Origin: Octopus bimaculoides
Lineage: Eukaryota
Length of the DNA: 56,538 bases
NCBI RefSeq assembly: GCF_001194135.2
Contig: NC_068991.1
Span: forward strand, 24,662,848 to 24,719,385
Reading direction: 5' to 3'
Part shown: positions 36,970 through 49,975 of the stretch, one piece after another
Position numbering within the stretch: position 1 is the stretch's first letter
Layout: each line of letters starts with the position of its first letter
Position numbers and translations under genes: made by a program
The notes under the pieces: model-generated
The model's input: only the letters and a program-made list of their open reading frames with translations
Told to the model about the DNA's origin: nothing
Database searches by the model: none

Positions 36970-38560
36970 GAACTCAGTATGAGAAATAAGGAAGGATCAA
37001 AACTTCTGGAGTTCTGTTATGCAAATGATCTCACAATTAGCAATGTGAATTTCAGGTAAACACACAAATCAGATAGATTTTATTCTCATCAGAAAGCAGG
37101 ATAAGCAGATGACTGTAAATGCTAAGTCCTTCCCAGGTGCAGATGAGTAGTTGATGACTTCAAATAAGGGCTATTCTGTCTCAAGAGACTGAAGACAAAC
37201 TGAAAGAGGAATATTTGGAAGTTAAAAGAGTTCTCCATTGATTCATAGAGATATTTACTGATACCTATGACAGCATAGAGTGGGAGACAGAAGCTTATAA
37301 ATAGGGGAAAAAATCTATTAGTTTTTATAGGACAATCAGCTAGATACTACTAAACAGACTTATGGCTGGTGCAAGATACTCATTCAGCACAAAGTGATAC
37401 CTAGGTGGTGAAACACTGTTTTAGACAGAGCCATAATGACAAAAGACAGGTTTGGAAAGATTGGAAGAGAGAAGCAGTAGAGAAATGTACCGCATAGCTG
37501 AAACAGAAGACCAACATGAGGTATTCATAGCAAGGTGAAAGGCAGAAAAGAACAAAGATTGCACATATTTTGTGACATGAAGATCAGAGGCATGGTGGGC
37601 TTCACATTGCTAGGCAATGCACCAGAGAAAAATCGAAATGTTGTTGGAGAGAGTGTAAATAGAATCATAACAGCACACTTGATCTCAGCGATGCTGATAA
37701 AAAACAGGCATGGAAGTGCTACCATGAAAATGGCTGTTGAATGTGTACACCCAACTGAGGGGCTAGGGACCAGCCATAGGAGTTGAGAGTAGTACAGAAA
37801 ATAAAACAATAAGGGATGTGAAAGTTGGGACAGCAGCTGAGCTGTTAAGTATAGTCACTTAGGTGCTTAAAACATCTGGTGTAGTAAAGAACAGAATAGT
37901 CATTCAATGAGTAACTCAAATAATAAAATGAAGGTCAGCATACCTAATGACTGATACCACAGTACCATCATAAGTTGCTACAATGGGAAACAGAGATGCA
38001 CTAGTGGGAGGAAACTACAGAGGCATCAAACTGTTGAACCAGGTTATGAAAGTTACAGGAAGAGTAACTTACTGTAACTTGGAAAACATTAGGGACAGGA
38101 TTTGTCTCAATGAGATGCAATTCAGCTTTGTCTTTAGAAGGAACACCAGTGATGCTATATTTCTTGTGAGACAACCACAAGAGAAATACATGGTAAGGAA
38201 TAAGCCCCCATACTTACAGTTCATCACATGTAAAAAGACCTTTGACATAGTCCTTCACACTGTGATTTGGTGGTTACTAATGAAACTAAGAGAAATGAAT
38301 GGCTTGTGAGGACTGTGCAAGCTGTATATGAAGAGGTAACAAGCAACGTGAGATTCAGCAATGTGTTCAGTGATGAATTCGATGAGCAGGTAAGGATACA
38401 TCAAGATACAGTTTTCAGTCCACTCATATTAATTACTACACTCAAACTATAACAGAAGAATTTCAAGCTGGATGAACTTGGGAAGTCTTCTGAGCTGACA
38501 ACTTAGCTCTTATACAAGAATCCATAGAAGAATCAAAGCTGAAATTCTAGACATGGCAGT
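36970..38560 (+). mobile_element. Degenerate RTE LINE: endonuclease C-terminus to RT
   Basis: RNKEGSKLLEFCYANDLTISNVNFR; GNYRGIKLL..VMKV; MQFSF...TSDAIFLVRQ.QEKY; WLVRTVQAVYE. Many stops and frameshifts. Confidence 0.85.
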
Positions 38561-38609
38561 AAAATCAGGTATTGATGGTAGGTGTGTAGGTGTGTGTGCG
38601 CGCGCGTGT

Positions 38610-38870
38610 GTGCCAGTGTCCTGTGCCAGTTCCACATATTAAGCACTTGTGCTAGTGCCACATAACAGCACTTGTGCTAGTGGCATTTTAAAAGCACCCA
38701 GCATACACTGCAAAGTGGTTGGTGTTTGGAAAGGCATCCAGCTGTAGAAACCAAACCAAATCAAACTGAAATCTGGTGTAGCTTCCCAGCTTCCTAGCTC
38801 TGGTCAAACTGTCCAACCCATGCCAGTATGGTAAATGGACGTTAGAGAAAGATGATAATGGTGGAAATGA
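38610..38870 (+). mobile_element. RTE 3'UTR and tail
   Basis: gtgctagtgccac repeats, ggcatccagctgtagaaacc, ccaacccatgccagtatgg...gacgtta. Confidence 0.7.
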
Positions 38871-39146
38871 GGGTGGTGTGTGTGTGTGTGTGTAATTCAT
38901 CAACACTATCATCATTTTAACATTCAATTTGCCATGTCTGCATGGACCAGACAGAATCCAACAAGGCAGACATGCTATAGCTGGATGCCCCTCAGCACCA
39001 ACTTTTACCTGTTTTCAAGCAAGGTAATATTTCCTCAAGGCCAGACATTTTCTCAGGCTATTAGAAATGAACTACACTGCTTGTATGAGGATGACAATTT
39101 ATCACGCTTCTTCTCAAGAACTATATATGTATGCATATATGTGTGT

Positions 39147-39179
<33 letters not shown>

Positions 39180-39455
39180 CATCCAGTCTTGATCAAAAAC
39201 AAATTTATATAAATACACAAAAGCATATCCTAAAACAGAAATTCTCATACACTACCACATAAAACCACAAAATCAAAAGCATAAATACAAACTCAGAAAC
39301 ACACATATACATACACACATATTTATACACAGAGACACAACCTAAACCTAAAATTCACACAAAATGTCACATAATCAAAAGCATAAATGCAAATGCAAAA
39401 TTTTGCTTTAAAAAAAATTTCACACATTTACCACCACAATCAAAATTGCAAATAG

Positions 39456-39503
<48 letters not shown>

Positions 39504-39970
39504 AAATGCACTTGCAGACATACACACAAAGCTATAAATGCCTACACACACTCAGCAAGGCATGTGAAATGTCTAATATTTCTCTAGGGTTATTTTTTTT
39601 TTATTGTGTAGAGGTGATTATTTGGCCTTCATAGGAAAGTACATGACACAAATATTTATATAAAACTGAACAAAAAAATAACCTATAAATTNNNNNNNNN
39701 NNNNNNNNNNNNNNNNNNNNNNNNNNNNNNNNNNNNNNNNNNNNNNNNNNNNNNNNNNNNNNNNNNNNNNNNNNNNNNNNNNNNNNNNNNNNNNNNNNNN
39801 NNNNNNNNNNNNNNNNNNNNNNNNNNNNNNNNNNNNNNNNNNNNNNNNNNNNNNNNNNNNNNNNNNNNNNNNNNNNNNNNNNNNNNNNNNNNNNNNNNNN
39901 NNNNNNNNNNNNNNNNNNNNNNNNNNACATGAAATTAATATGTAAAATAATACAGAATATGTAAAAATTG

Positions 39971-40003
<33 letters not shown>

Positions 40004-40026
40004 CACCACACCACACCACACCACAC

Positions 40027-40057
<31 letters not shown>

Positions 40058-40199
40058 CACTTATTCATGCATAAAACGCTTTAAAGTAATGGAGTGAATT
40101 GTTAATTGGTTCCCAATAAATATAACCAATACATCAAATACTGACTGTGTTTTCTTTCATTTGTAAGCATAAACATAAAATTAACACTCCATTGGTTAT

Positions 40200-40510
40200 G
40201 ACAATGAGGGTTCCAATTAATTCGATCAACAGAACAAACAGCCTGCTCATAAAATTAACAAGTGGCTCAGCTCTCTGCAGACATGCATACCCTTAACATA
40301 GTTTTCAGGTAGATTCAGCATGATGCAGTATGCGACAAAGCTAACCCTTTGAAATACAGGTACTCCTCATTTTCACCAGCTGAGTAGACTGGAGCAATGT
40401 GAAATAAAGTGTCTTGCTCAAGGACCTTATGCACTGCCAGGTATTGAACTCATAACCTGACCATACGATATTGAGCCAAATACCCTAACTGCTAAGCTAC
40501 ATGCCTTCAC
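40200..40510 (-). mobile_element. Second tRNA-derived SINE family
   Basis: Minus strand: gtagcttagcagttagggt...gagttcaatacc head, then ccttgagcaagacactttatttcac...ccagtctactcagctg conserved body. Confidence 0.65.
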
Positions 40511-41734
40511 CAAGCATAAACACATAAATTCACAGACACAGACACATACACAAACCTAATTTAATTCACTGTCGCTGCTCCAAATTTCTCACTTACATAC
40601 ATTTTCTCAGGTAAATGAATATGAATGAACAGATACAAGATACAAAGAAAGAAACTCAGAGTAGCTACAAAATGAATTATTAAAAATTGCAAGAAATAAA
40701 TGATTTATAGGTGCTTATTTCTACTTTAAAGGTATTCAACCTTAAATTGAATCTTTACTAGCAGAATAACAAATTTGATACACATTAGCATTCAAAATAT
40801 TCTATTAAATGTTATACTTATTTATTCACATTGTTTTGAATCGATCATGCATTACCTCATGGCTTTAAGATCCTGAAGACATGATTGTTTATTTTTAGAA
40901 TGACATTGTAGGGTAGGTGTGAGAAGCCAGAACTAGCAAGTTTGAATGAACATAAAACAGGCTGAATATTTGGGTTGGATACGGCCAATTTAAACTCTCA
41001 AGAGTTAACTATATGTACAGGTACAGCAAGTATAAAAATAAAAGCAGGTCAAAATGTATATTGAAATGTAGACAATAATGTATTAATAAAGTATTAATCC
41101 TTTAATCAATTAGATTAACCTTCAATAATTAGCTACAGAGACTGAGAAGATATATGTGTAATAAGAAGATTGTACGTTGTGAGAGGAAAGAGTAAACAAA
41201 GATGTTATCATCTTGTCATTTGCTGAAACTAAAAATTCTAAGTTCATTTTCATAATTAAAGCATATATAAAAATCCACTCACAACAATCCACACTTGTAA
41301 ACAATTATTATTGTTGAGTTTAATAGATTGAGCAATTAAAATAAAGTTGATAGCAAATTCTTTTATAGGGGAAAGGAAAAGAAAAATGGAATGCTGTGAT
41401 AATCATAACTGATTGTTTGTTAAGTCTTAATTACATGATAAATGTCAATCTAAATTAATTTTGAATAATTAACCCGGTAATCATAATCATTATCATCATC
41501 ATCTTTATCCATGCAAGCATAAGTAAAGATAAGATGGCAGAAACACATGTATATACAAACAAATATATAGATATACAACAGGCCTCTTTTAATTTCAGTC
41601 TACTAAATCTGCTCGCAAGGCTTTGGTTGGCCCAGAACCATAGTAGAAGACACTTACCTAATAAGCCACACAGTGGGACTGAATTCAAAACTATGTGTTG
41701 GAAAGCAAATGTTTAAATCAAATAACCATGCTTA

Positions 41735-41799
<65 letters not shown>

Positions 41800-41844
41800 C
41801 ATGTGTGTGTGTGTGTGTGTGTGCACGTACATATGCATGCATGT

Positions 41845-42171
41845 GTCATCAGCACCATTGTTTTGATATTCACATTTCCATGGGTTCAACAGAGCCAGTT
41901 GAGGTGAATTGTCTACGGTCAGATGCCTTTCCTGCAACCAACCCTCACCTGTTTCCAAGTGAAGTAAAATTTCCCCAAAACCACACATATTTTCAAGCAA
42001 GACTGGAAATAAAGGACATTGTTTGCATGAAGGTGGCACTCGTTTACAATTACCATATCATGTCAACACAAAGAGATAGTAACACACATGCACATATACA
42101 TTCATATATATATAGATACATACATACATATGCATGTATATATATATATATATATATATATAAACGCACAT

Positions 42172-42224
<53 letters not shown>

Positions 42225-42365
42225 TTCTTTCTGTTTCTAAGTACCAAATTCACTTACAAAGCTTTGGTCAGCCCAAAGTTATAGTAGAAAACACTTGCCA
42301 AAAGTGCCATGCAGTGAGACTGAACCCAAAACCAGGTGGTTGGGAAGCAAACTTCTTTCCACCCA
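41845..42365 (-). mobile_element. tRNA-derived SINE, RTE-tailed variant
   Basis: Homologous to 20705-21125. A further reverse head lies at about 41580-41720. Confidence 0.7.
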
Positions 42366-42701
42366 GCTTATACATGCACCTGTGTGTATGTGTGTGTGTG
42401 CGTGTAAATACACACACACTCATTGTTCAAATACAATGCTATCTCGATTATAATATAACCCATTGCAGATTTTGTACCCAAAAATCAATAATGTATTTTA
42501 TCATTTTATCCTCTTATCTTTCTTTTACACTTGAATAGAATGTTACTTGCCAATTTTTAGTCTACTGTTTTGTGTTAAATTTCTTGCATTAAACACAATT
42601 AGGCATGTGCACGTGTGTGCATGTGCAGTGGGGAGGTGTCCAACAGAATATTTTTGTTAGACTCAGGGTTATGGATTTTATGCAGCCATATATAAGTGTA
42701 C

Positions 42702-42733
<32 letters not shown>

Positions 42734-43029
42734 ATGTATATGGTGTGTGTGCGCAGGTATCAGAGAGAGAGAGAATGCATAGCTAGGTCGGATCAACCTT
42801 ATTGGGAATGCAGCTTCTGAAACTAAATAAACTGCAGAAGATATCAGACCCAAATGAACTAGACATAACTAGAATGTACTATAAACAACATGACTAGCAA
42901 ATATCCTTTAACTTTAAAACATGGATTGGAGAGATGGTCATATTCATAGCTGAATAAGATGCCAAAAGAATACAAATACAATACTTCAAAAGGTGGCATT
43001 ATTAATAATTTTTCAAAGCTTAACTTATC

Positions 43030-43247
43030 TTTCTACCCTTTATTTTTTATTTGTTTCAGTCAATGGATTGCGACCATGCTGGGGGTACAACCTTGAAGGG
43101 TTTTTAGTCAAATGAATTGACTCCAGTAGTTCTTTTCTAAAATTTCGTTTTTACTCTATCAGTCTCTTCTACCAAACCATGAACCAGGGACATGAATAAA
43201 CCAACACTGTGGTTGTTAAGCAGTGACACAGGGCAAAAACACAACAC

Positions 43248-43288
<41 letters not shown>

Positions 43289-43435
43289 CAAGCTTCTTTC
43301 AGTTTCTGTCTATCAAATCCACTCACAAGGCTTTGGTCAGCTCAAGACCATTGTAGAAAACACTTGATCAAGGTACCATGCAGTGGTACTGAACCAGAAC
43401 CATGTGGTTGGGAAGCAAACTTCTTATCGCACACC
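43030..43435 (-). mobile_element. Bipartite tRNA-derived SINE (diverged)
   Basis: ttgtttcagtcaatggattgcgaccatgctgg...(CA)n...cacttgatcaaggtaccatgcagtggtactgaacc. Confidence 0.75.
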
Positions 43436-44130
43436 TGTGTCTGCACCTATCTCTGATTTTTCTTTTTTTAACCAATCATGGAAATCAAAGTCTATCAATC
43501 ATGTTGAACTTTAATACCCTACAACACTTTCAATCCATGCACATTTTCTAAAATACCTTTGCACTGGATTAGAGATAATATATCATAAATCCTTTGGCAA
43601 CTGGGCCTTCCTCTTTAATCCTTTAGAGCTGCAAGTAATGGTATCTCTTTAATATGATAATTCTAACACAAAACTAATCCTTCAGAGTTTTCTAAAATTA
43701 CTCATTAAGAAGGTATTGGAGTTAAGGTGATTTTTTTGTTTTTCATTTATTTAAGTATTTTTAAGTAGTGATAGAATCCCAGGTGTTAACAATAATCCGT
43801 TAGTTCAGAATTTCAGGTTAAGAGTTGAAACACTAATTCTAAGGGACCTAAATGTTTTCAAAAGTTCATTTATAAAGATAATAATAATTAGTATTTATGA
43901 TTAAGATAAAGATTATTAGAATACAACCAGCCAGTAGATATGCTTTCTGTTAGCTGTACATGTTAATTTACTTGCAACCAGAAATAGGTTTTACTTGTAA
44001 TTAAAAGTTAAGGCAAGCATATATTTATCTGGCATATTGTATTGCTTTCATCCATGCAAACAGCTTCTCACTCTCTCATTCATATATATATGTGTGCATG
44101 TTTGTGTGAGTGTGTGTGTGTGTCTGTGTC

Positions 44131-44225
<95 letters not shown>

Positions 44226-45132
44226 TGAGAGAGAGAACAGAAATTATGTAATTATTTTGCTGATCCCCGAAATGGCGGTGACAGTGGTAGTAGTAGCAAC
44301 AGTTGTGGTTGGTTATATCCTGGAAACTTCAAAGCAATTCAATATATTTACAAATTATAACAAGGCTGAAATGGAAGACAACTCAGTTAACACTGCAAGG
44401 ACTGAAATCTGTGTTTTCAGAAAATTTACTAATGAGAGAACTTCTAACACGAGTCTGGGAAAAAACAACTAGAAAAATGTATTTGAGGTCAGGTCAATTC
44501 AAAACTGACAAGAAAAATTGATGAATTAAAGGTAAGAAGATGTAAAGGTGAAAGGAAATTTAAGATAAGAGTAAAAAGAGATGACATAAAATAATAATCA
44601 GAAATTTTGAGATAAAATCTACTTGAATGAAATGAAATATGTTAAAATAATGTGCCAACAGAGTAGTTGAAGTTCTTTAGAAGCAAATGGGATGATATGT
44701 AAGGAATAAAACCGAAAGGTGCTAAGAAAAAGATGAATTGAAATTGAATAAAAGTAAAAGAGATGAGAGATGTAGATTAGAAAGAAAAGTGATAAAGATG
44801 AGAAAGGATACAGCAAAAATAAAAAATGTTGTAAAGAGCCTACAGGGAAAAAAATGGAATGCAAAATAAAAAATGGTGGAACAGCCCCATCTGTGAGAGA
44901 AATAAAATTCTGAAAGAAGTTGAATAGTTATTAAAACTAGGTAGATTTCTTTGTATAATACATCAAAAAATAATGGGTGTGTTGAATTGTTTTATCAGGT
45001 GGAGGTGTAACATCTGAAAACAGATAAAGCCAGAAAGTTTATGACTCTCAAGGGTGCACCACATAATGAAACATTTGAAAGATAAGATATTTCACATCCA
45101 CAATCCTAGTCATAAATAAATATGATGTAGAT

Positions 45133-45546
45133 TTTACTCTCTTTTACTCTTTTACTTGTTTCAGTCATTTGACTGCGACCATACTGGAGCACCGCCTTTA
45201 GTCGAGCAAATCAACCCCGGGACTTCTTCTTTGTAAGCCTAGTACTTATTCTATCGGTCTCTTTTGCCGAACCGCTAAGTTACGGGGACATAAACACACC
45301 AGCATCGGTTGTCAAGCAATGCTAGGGGGACAAACACAGACACACAAACACATACACACACATAAATATATATACATATATACGACAGGCTTCTTTCAGT
45401 TTCCCTCTACCAAATCCACTCACAAGGCTTTGGTCGGCCCGAGGCTATAGTAGAAGACACTTGCCCAAGATGCCACGCAGTGGGACTGAACCTGGAACTA
45501 TGTGGTTCGTAAGCAAGCTATTTACCACACAGCCACTCCTGCGCCT
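45133..45546 (-). mobile_element. Young full-length bipartite tRNA-derived SINE
   Basis: Highly similar to 24423-24880. Confidence 0.9.
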
Positions 45547-47780
45547 ATTTGTGGAAGATTTTAAGAAAATGATATTTCAATGTAATTGCTGATACCTCTA
45601 GGATTTTAAATAATGCAACATTCCTCTTAGATTATGCAATTTTCTCTTTATTTTTATCAGGTCATTAAGAATGAAAGATGAAGCTTTCTTGTAATGTTTC
45701 TTTTTGTGCCGAATCCTATTAAGTTCTGGAGAACATTTTGACAAGATCACAGTTATATTTCTTTTAATAGACAAAATACAAGTTAGGCCAATGATGGGTA
45801 CTTTATATGATCATTTGACCCGGTAGGAATAGCAGCCTAATCTCTCACTCAAAACCTCTAAATATAAGGAAGAGCACATTGTATAATGTAGTCAGAGTTA
45901 AACTTTATCTGAAAAGATGAGATGGGCATGATTAGAATACCTCTGATCATATGTCTATTCGATCATGGCTGACCTAGAGCTGAACAAAATACATGCAAGC
46001 TAAATATTCAAAAGATTTTTAAATGATCTTACAATTCTTGTCATATTGCAAGAGCCATTGAAATCAGTCTTTAAATTTTTTGATATTTGAAAAAATTGTT
46101 GATGTTATTTTTACAGTCTGTTATGTAGAAATACTTTTTATTCTCAATAAGATTGCTGAAGCCAAATAGAGTAATAATAAACTCTTCCATAATTAAATAT
46201 CACAATGCTGGGGGCAGAATGTGAATTCATAATGTTAGAAAGTTTACATTAGATTACCATTCTTTCATTGAACATTTTTCATCCTTTTTTTTCTTTTCTC
46301 CAACTCTACTTTATCACTTAGGTCACACAGATATTCAACCATCATACATGATAATTAGTCTAGTAAATGTAAGATGTAACTAAAAATGATACTTAATCAA
46401 TATTCCATCAGTTAATTTCCTATAATGTTATCAGCGTTCATCCTGTTGACCCAAGGAAAAAAGAAGCAGTAAATATATATCATCGAACAAATACAATTCA
46501 CAAAATATATAAAAAAGACTTTCTTTTTTTCCCTTTCTTAAAGAGTTCTCATAAAGAAGAAATGAGAAATAGCAACTGAAGAAACAGGACCAAGTCTCGT
46601 GAGAAATAATCATTATATTAATTGTATTAACAAAACAAAATATCAGTCAAGGTTGGCAAATTATCAATGGTTAGAATGAACTAGCTGTAGTTTTACTACT
46701 CTGGCAACAATGGGACATAGAAATAACCTTAAACCTTTGCTCAAATGTAGCCAGCTTTGACTATATCATAATCACAAATGAAACTGATGCTAAAAGGCAA
46801 AAAGGGAAAATATGGCATCAAAGACTAAATTAGATTTCTTCACTATTATTCAGCCAATATATATGATTATGGTTCTGACTCTAAATTTTATTCTCTATTG
46901 ATTTATTGCCACTATGTGTAACATGCTCTACTGGCTGAGCTAATCTACAACACCCCAGAACACTACCATAAAACTGATTATCCCTACCAATACAAACAAC
47001 ATATGAAGGGTTTCTATATGGGCTTTCAACCTGCTAGAAATAGCAACCAAACCTCTCTCATCACACTCTACTGTCTTTAAAAAAGAAGGAGATTGCAAAA
47101 TGTAGTCAGTGATAAAGTATATCTGAAAAGATGGAATAGTCATGGTTCCTTAACTGGGCTGACCAGAGGCTAAGCAACTCTTAAGTTTCTTTCCTAGAAA
47201 GTGCTTCAGCCTTCAGTCAATATCATTTAGCAATAGAAAAATATGTAGAACATTTTGTACCAAAATAAAGAATACACTGACACCATCCATTAAATAAACT
47301 GCACAACTTTCAATTTCCTTCATATATATATATATATATATTTACATGTGTTAGTGAACATCAGATATGAATAGTCAATTACTCCTTTGAAATACCCAAA
47401 ACTGCTAGAAAGAGAATTGCACCTTAGCTTACATACATTTCTTGAAGAAAAAAAGTCATTTTTCAACCTTCACACATACTCTGTATTCAATGCCCACATC
47501 TCAATACCAAGTAGCATTGCAGTTTGTACACAAGCATCAAATAATCTAGCCTTCATTTGCAGACAGAATTCCCTTGTTGTCAACAGAGGTATTAGCCTAC
47601 ACTAATTCTGGTTATTATGCTTTTAGAACAAACCCTTCTACTACAGATTATAGGTTGCCTAGGTTAACAGAAGCTCTCCCTACTTCTGTAGAGCCGTCCA
47701 AATATCATCATTTTAACATCCACTTTTTTATGCTTGCATGGGTCAATTCATGTGTGTGCTATTTGTATGTATCTGTCTAT

Positions 47781-47950
47781 ATCATCATCATCATCATCAT
47801 CATCGTTTAACGTCCGCTTTCCATGCTAGCATGGGATGGACGATTTGACTGAGGACTGGTGAAACCAGACGGCTACACCAGGCTCCAATCTGATTTGGCA
47901 GAGTTTCTACAGCTGGATGCCCTTCCTAACACCAACCACTCTGAGAGTGT
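47781..47950 (-). mobile_element. Young RTE tail insertion
   Basis: (CAT)n-cgtttaacgtccgctttccatgctagcatggg...ggatgcccttcctaacaccaaccact. Confidence 0.8.
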
Positions 47951-47967
47951 GTATATGTATGCATATG

Positions 47968-48001
<34 letters not shown>

Positions 48002-48010
48002 TATATTATT

Positions 48011-48278
48011 GTCTGGGGCGAGTCATTCTCTTTTAGTGCCTTATTACTAAACACACTAACCGGTTCGATTTCCACTCATTTATTTACTCATTTTTTTCTA
48101 AAATTTTCATTGCATCTTGCAACCTCTTCAATAGTCGTTGGCTCTTGAAGAGTCAACGACCATTAAAGTGGTTGCAAGACACAACGAAAATTTTAGAAAT
48201 AATAAGAAAATGAGAGGAAATCGAACTGGTGAGTGTGTTAGGTAATAAGGCACGAAAAGAGAATGACTCTCCCCAGAC
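48011..48278. mobile_element. Whole-length palindromic foldback element (about 270 bp)
   Basis: gtctggggcgagtcattctctttt... pairs with ...aaaagagaatgactctccccagac. Symmetry continues to the centre ctctt-g-aagag at 48147. Confidence 0.85.
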
Positions 48279-48899
48279 AAAATATGCTTCAACACTCGAA
48301 TTCACATAAAGAATCTTGCAAACCAAATACAAAAACGAAATATATATACACAAATATATTACTTGTGTCAGTCATAGGACTGCGGCCATGCTGGGGCACC
48401 ATCTAGAAGGGTTTAAGTCGAGTAAATCAACTTATTTTACACACACACACACACACACACATACAAACAGCTATATACATATATATCACACATCTTTCTA
48501 CTACCACTACTACTACTACTACTGGTGGTGGTGATGGTAGTAGTAAAGGACTGTTGTGAACTACACGGTATAAATACAGATATATATAACAATTCATTCA
48601 AATAGTATTGAATGTGAGATATATCCATCTATGGATCTATTAATAATTTTTTGTTAAATCATATTGGGTGCGATTAAGGTACAGAAGCAACTGAGCATAG
48701 TAATATTAGGCTTTTCTGTACATGTGTATGCGCTTTTAGATAGATATGCGCATGTGTGGTTTATACATAAATATTATATATGTACATACTAAAATGTAAA
48801 ATGTACGTTTGTTATGCACAGGATATATACATTAAGGTATCTTTTAGTACATTCTTATGTGTGTGCGTGCGTGCGTGAAATTTTTTTAAATGAATAGGA

Positions 48900-49420
48900 A
48901 AGAGAAAAATCTAGGAAGCGGTCACAACGTATTACGATTTGGGGAGACTGGAGTATTAAACTGATCCTTTGAATAGCAGCTATGGTTGAGCAGTTGCTAA
49001 GCAACAGGTAGGTAGATAGGTAGGTAAGTCGGTAGCGAAAATCTGAAAGCAAGGCTGACTGGCTGGCCAAGCAACTTAACACCTGGCTTTATTTAACATA
49101 TAACACTTATGTTGAGAAGTAAAGCAGCTGCTGTGGTAGAGAGAGGGGGAGTCTGTGGTTGAGGAGAGAAGAGAAATAATGTGCCGAAAATAAGAGAAAA
49201 AGATATATAGAAAAGTGGACGAGATGGAGGAGGATGAGTAGGGTATTATTTATTCGCGATAAGCTGCTGATTCAATGTACCTTTTTAGCATACAGCATCT
49301 GATTTTTGTGTGACTGTGTGTACACACAATACTGCCATCATATACGAGCGCGTGCACATGCGTGCGTACGTGTATTCACAAACTTACAGGAGTCAAGAAA
49401 TCAGCGAACATCTAATTAAT
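48900..49420. promoter_or_regulatory. Candidate promoter / first-exon region with RFX X-box GTTGCTAAGCAAC (48993-49005)
   Basis: Non-repetitive and locally CpG-retaining. Plus-strand donor-like sites at 49008 (ag|gtaggt) and 49024 (ag|gtaagt); minus-strand donor gtaagt at 49387. Confidence 0.4.
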
Positions 49421-49471
49421 TCAAATTATGGGAACATAGTGATTTAATGAATGAAGTCCCATTTTCATAAG

Positions 49472-49513
<42 letters not shown>

Positions 49514-49975
49514 ATTTGATGTAGCCCCAATCATATTAGTCACTTTATTTTTTTTCTTTTTGTTGATCTGATATAGATTAAAAACATACGTTGATGTGAA
49601 CCGAAATGGTTATGTATAGGGTTGCCAGACAACCCTTATATTCGGGACATGTCCCATATTTGATAATTTTACCCCCTGTCCCGTACTGACCTTTCAGAGA
49701 CACCTCAAATGTCCCGTATTTAGTTCACCTTCAAATTTCATAATAAAAATATATTTTTACTACCTTCTTACAGTTCTTAGTTGTAACTTTATAAGTAATT
49801 ATGCTTTCTTTTTTCATATTCCTTTGATGAAAATAATTTAGATGAAACGAGGAAACTAGTGTTGCCAGAACTTTACACAAAACTGACGTGCTTGCAACTT
49901 GATACTGTCAACATAGTGTGTTGTTACTACTTGCCCACTTTTTTCTAACTTAAAAACCAATCCATCGATCCCAAG

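Noticed and set aside
44280-45060. Purine-rich stretch possibly from an old CR1/L2-type LINE
   Set aside because: No diagnostic motif could be recovered with confidence.
49473-49509. Long poly(T) as a retrocopy tail
   Set aside because: No adjacent polyadenylation signal, ORF or TSD seen.
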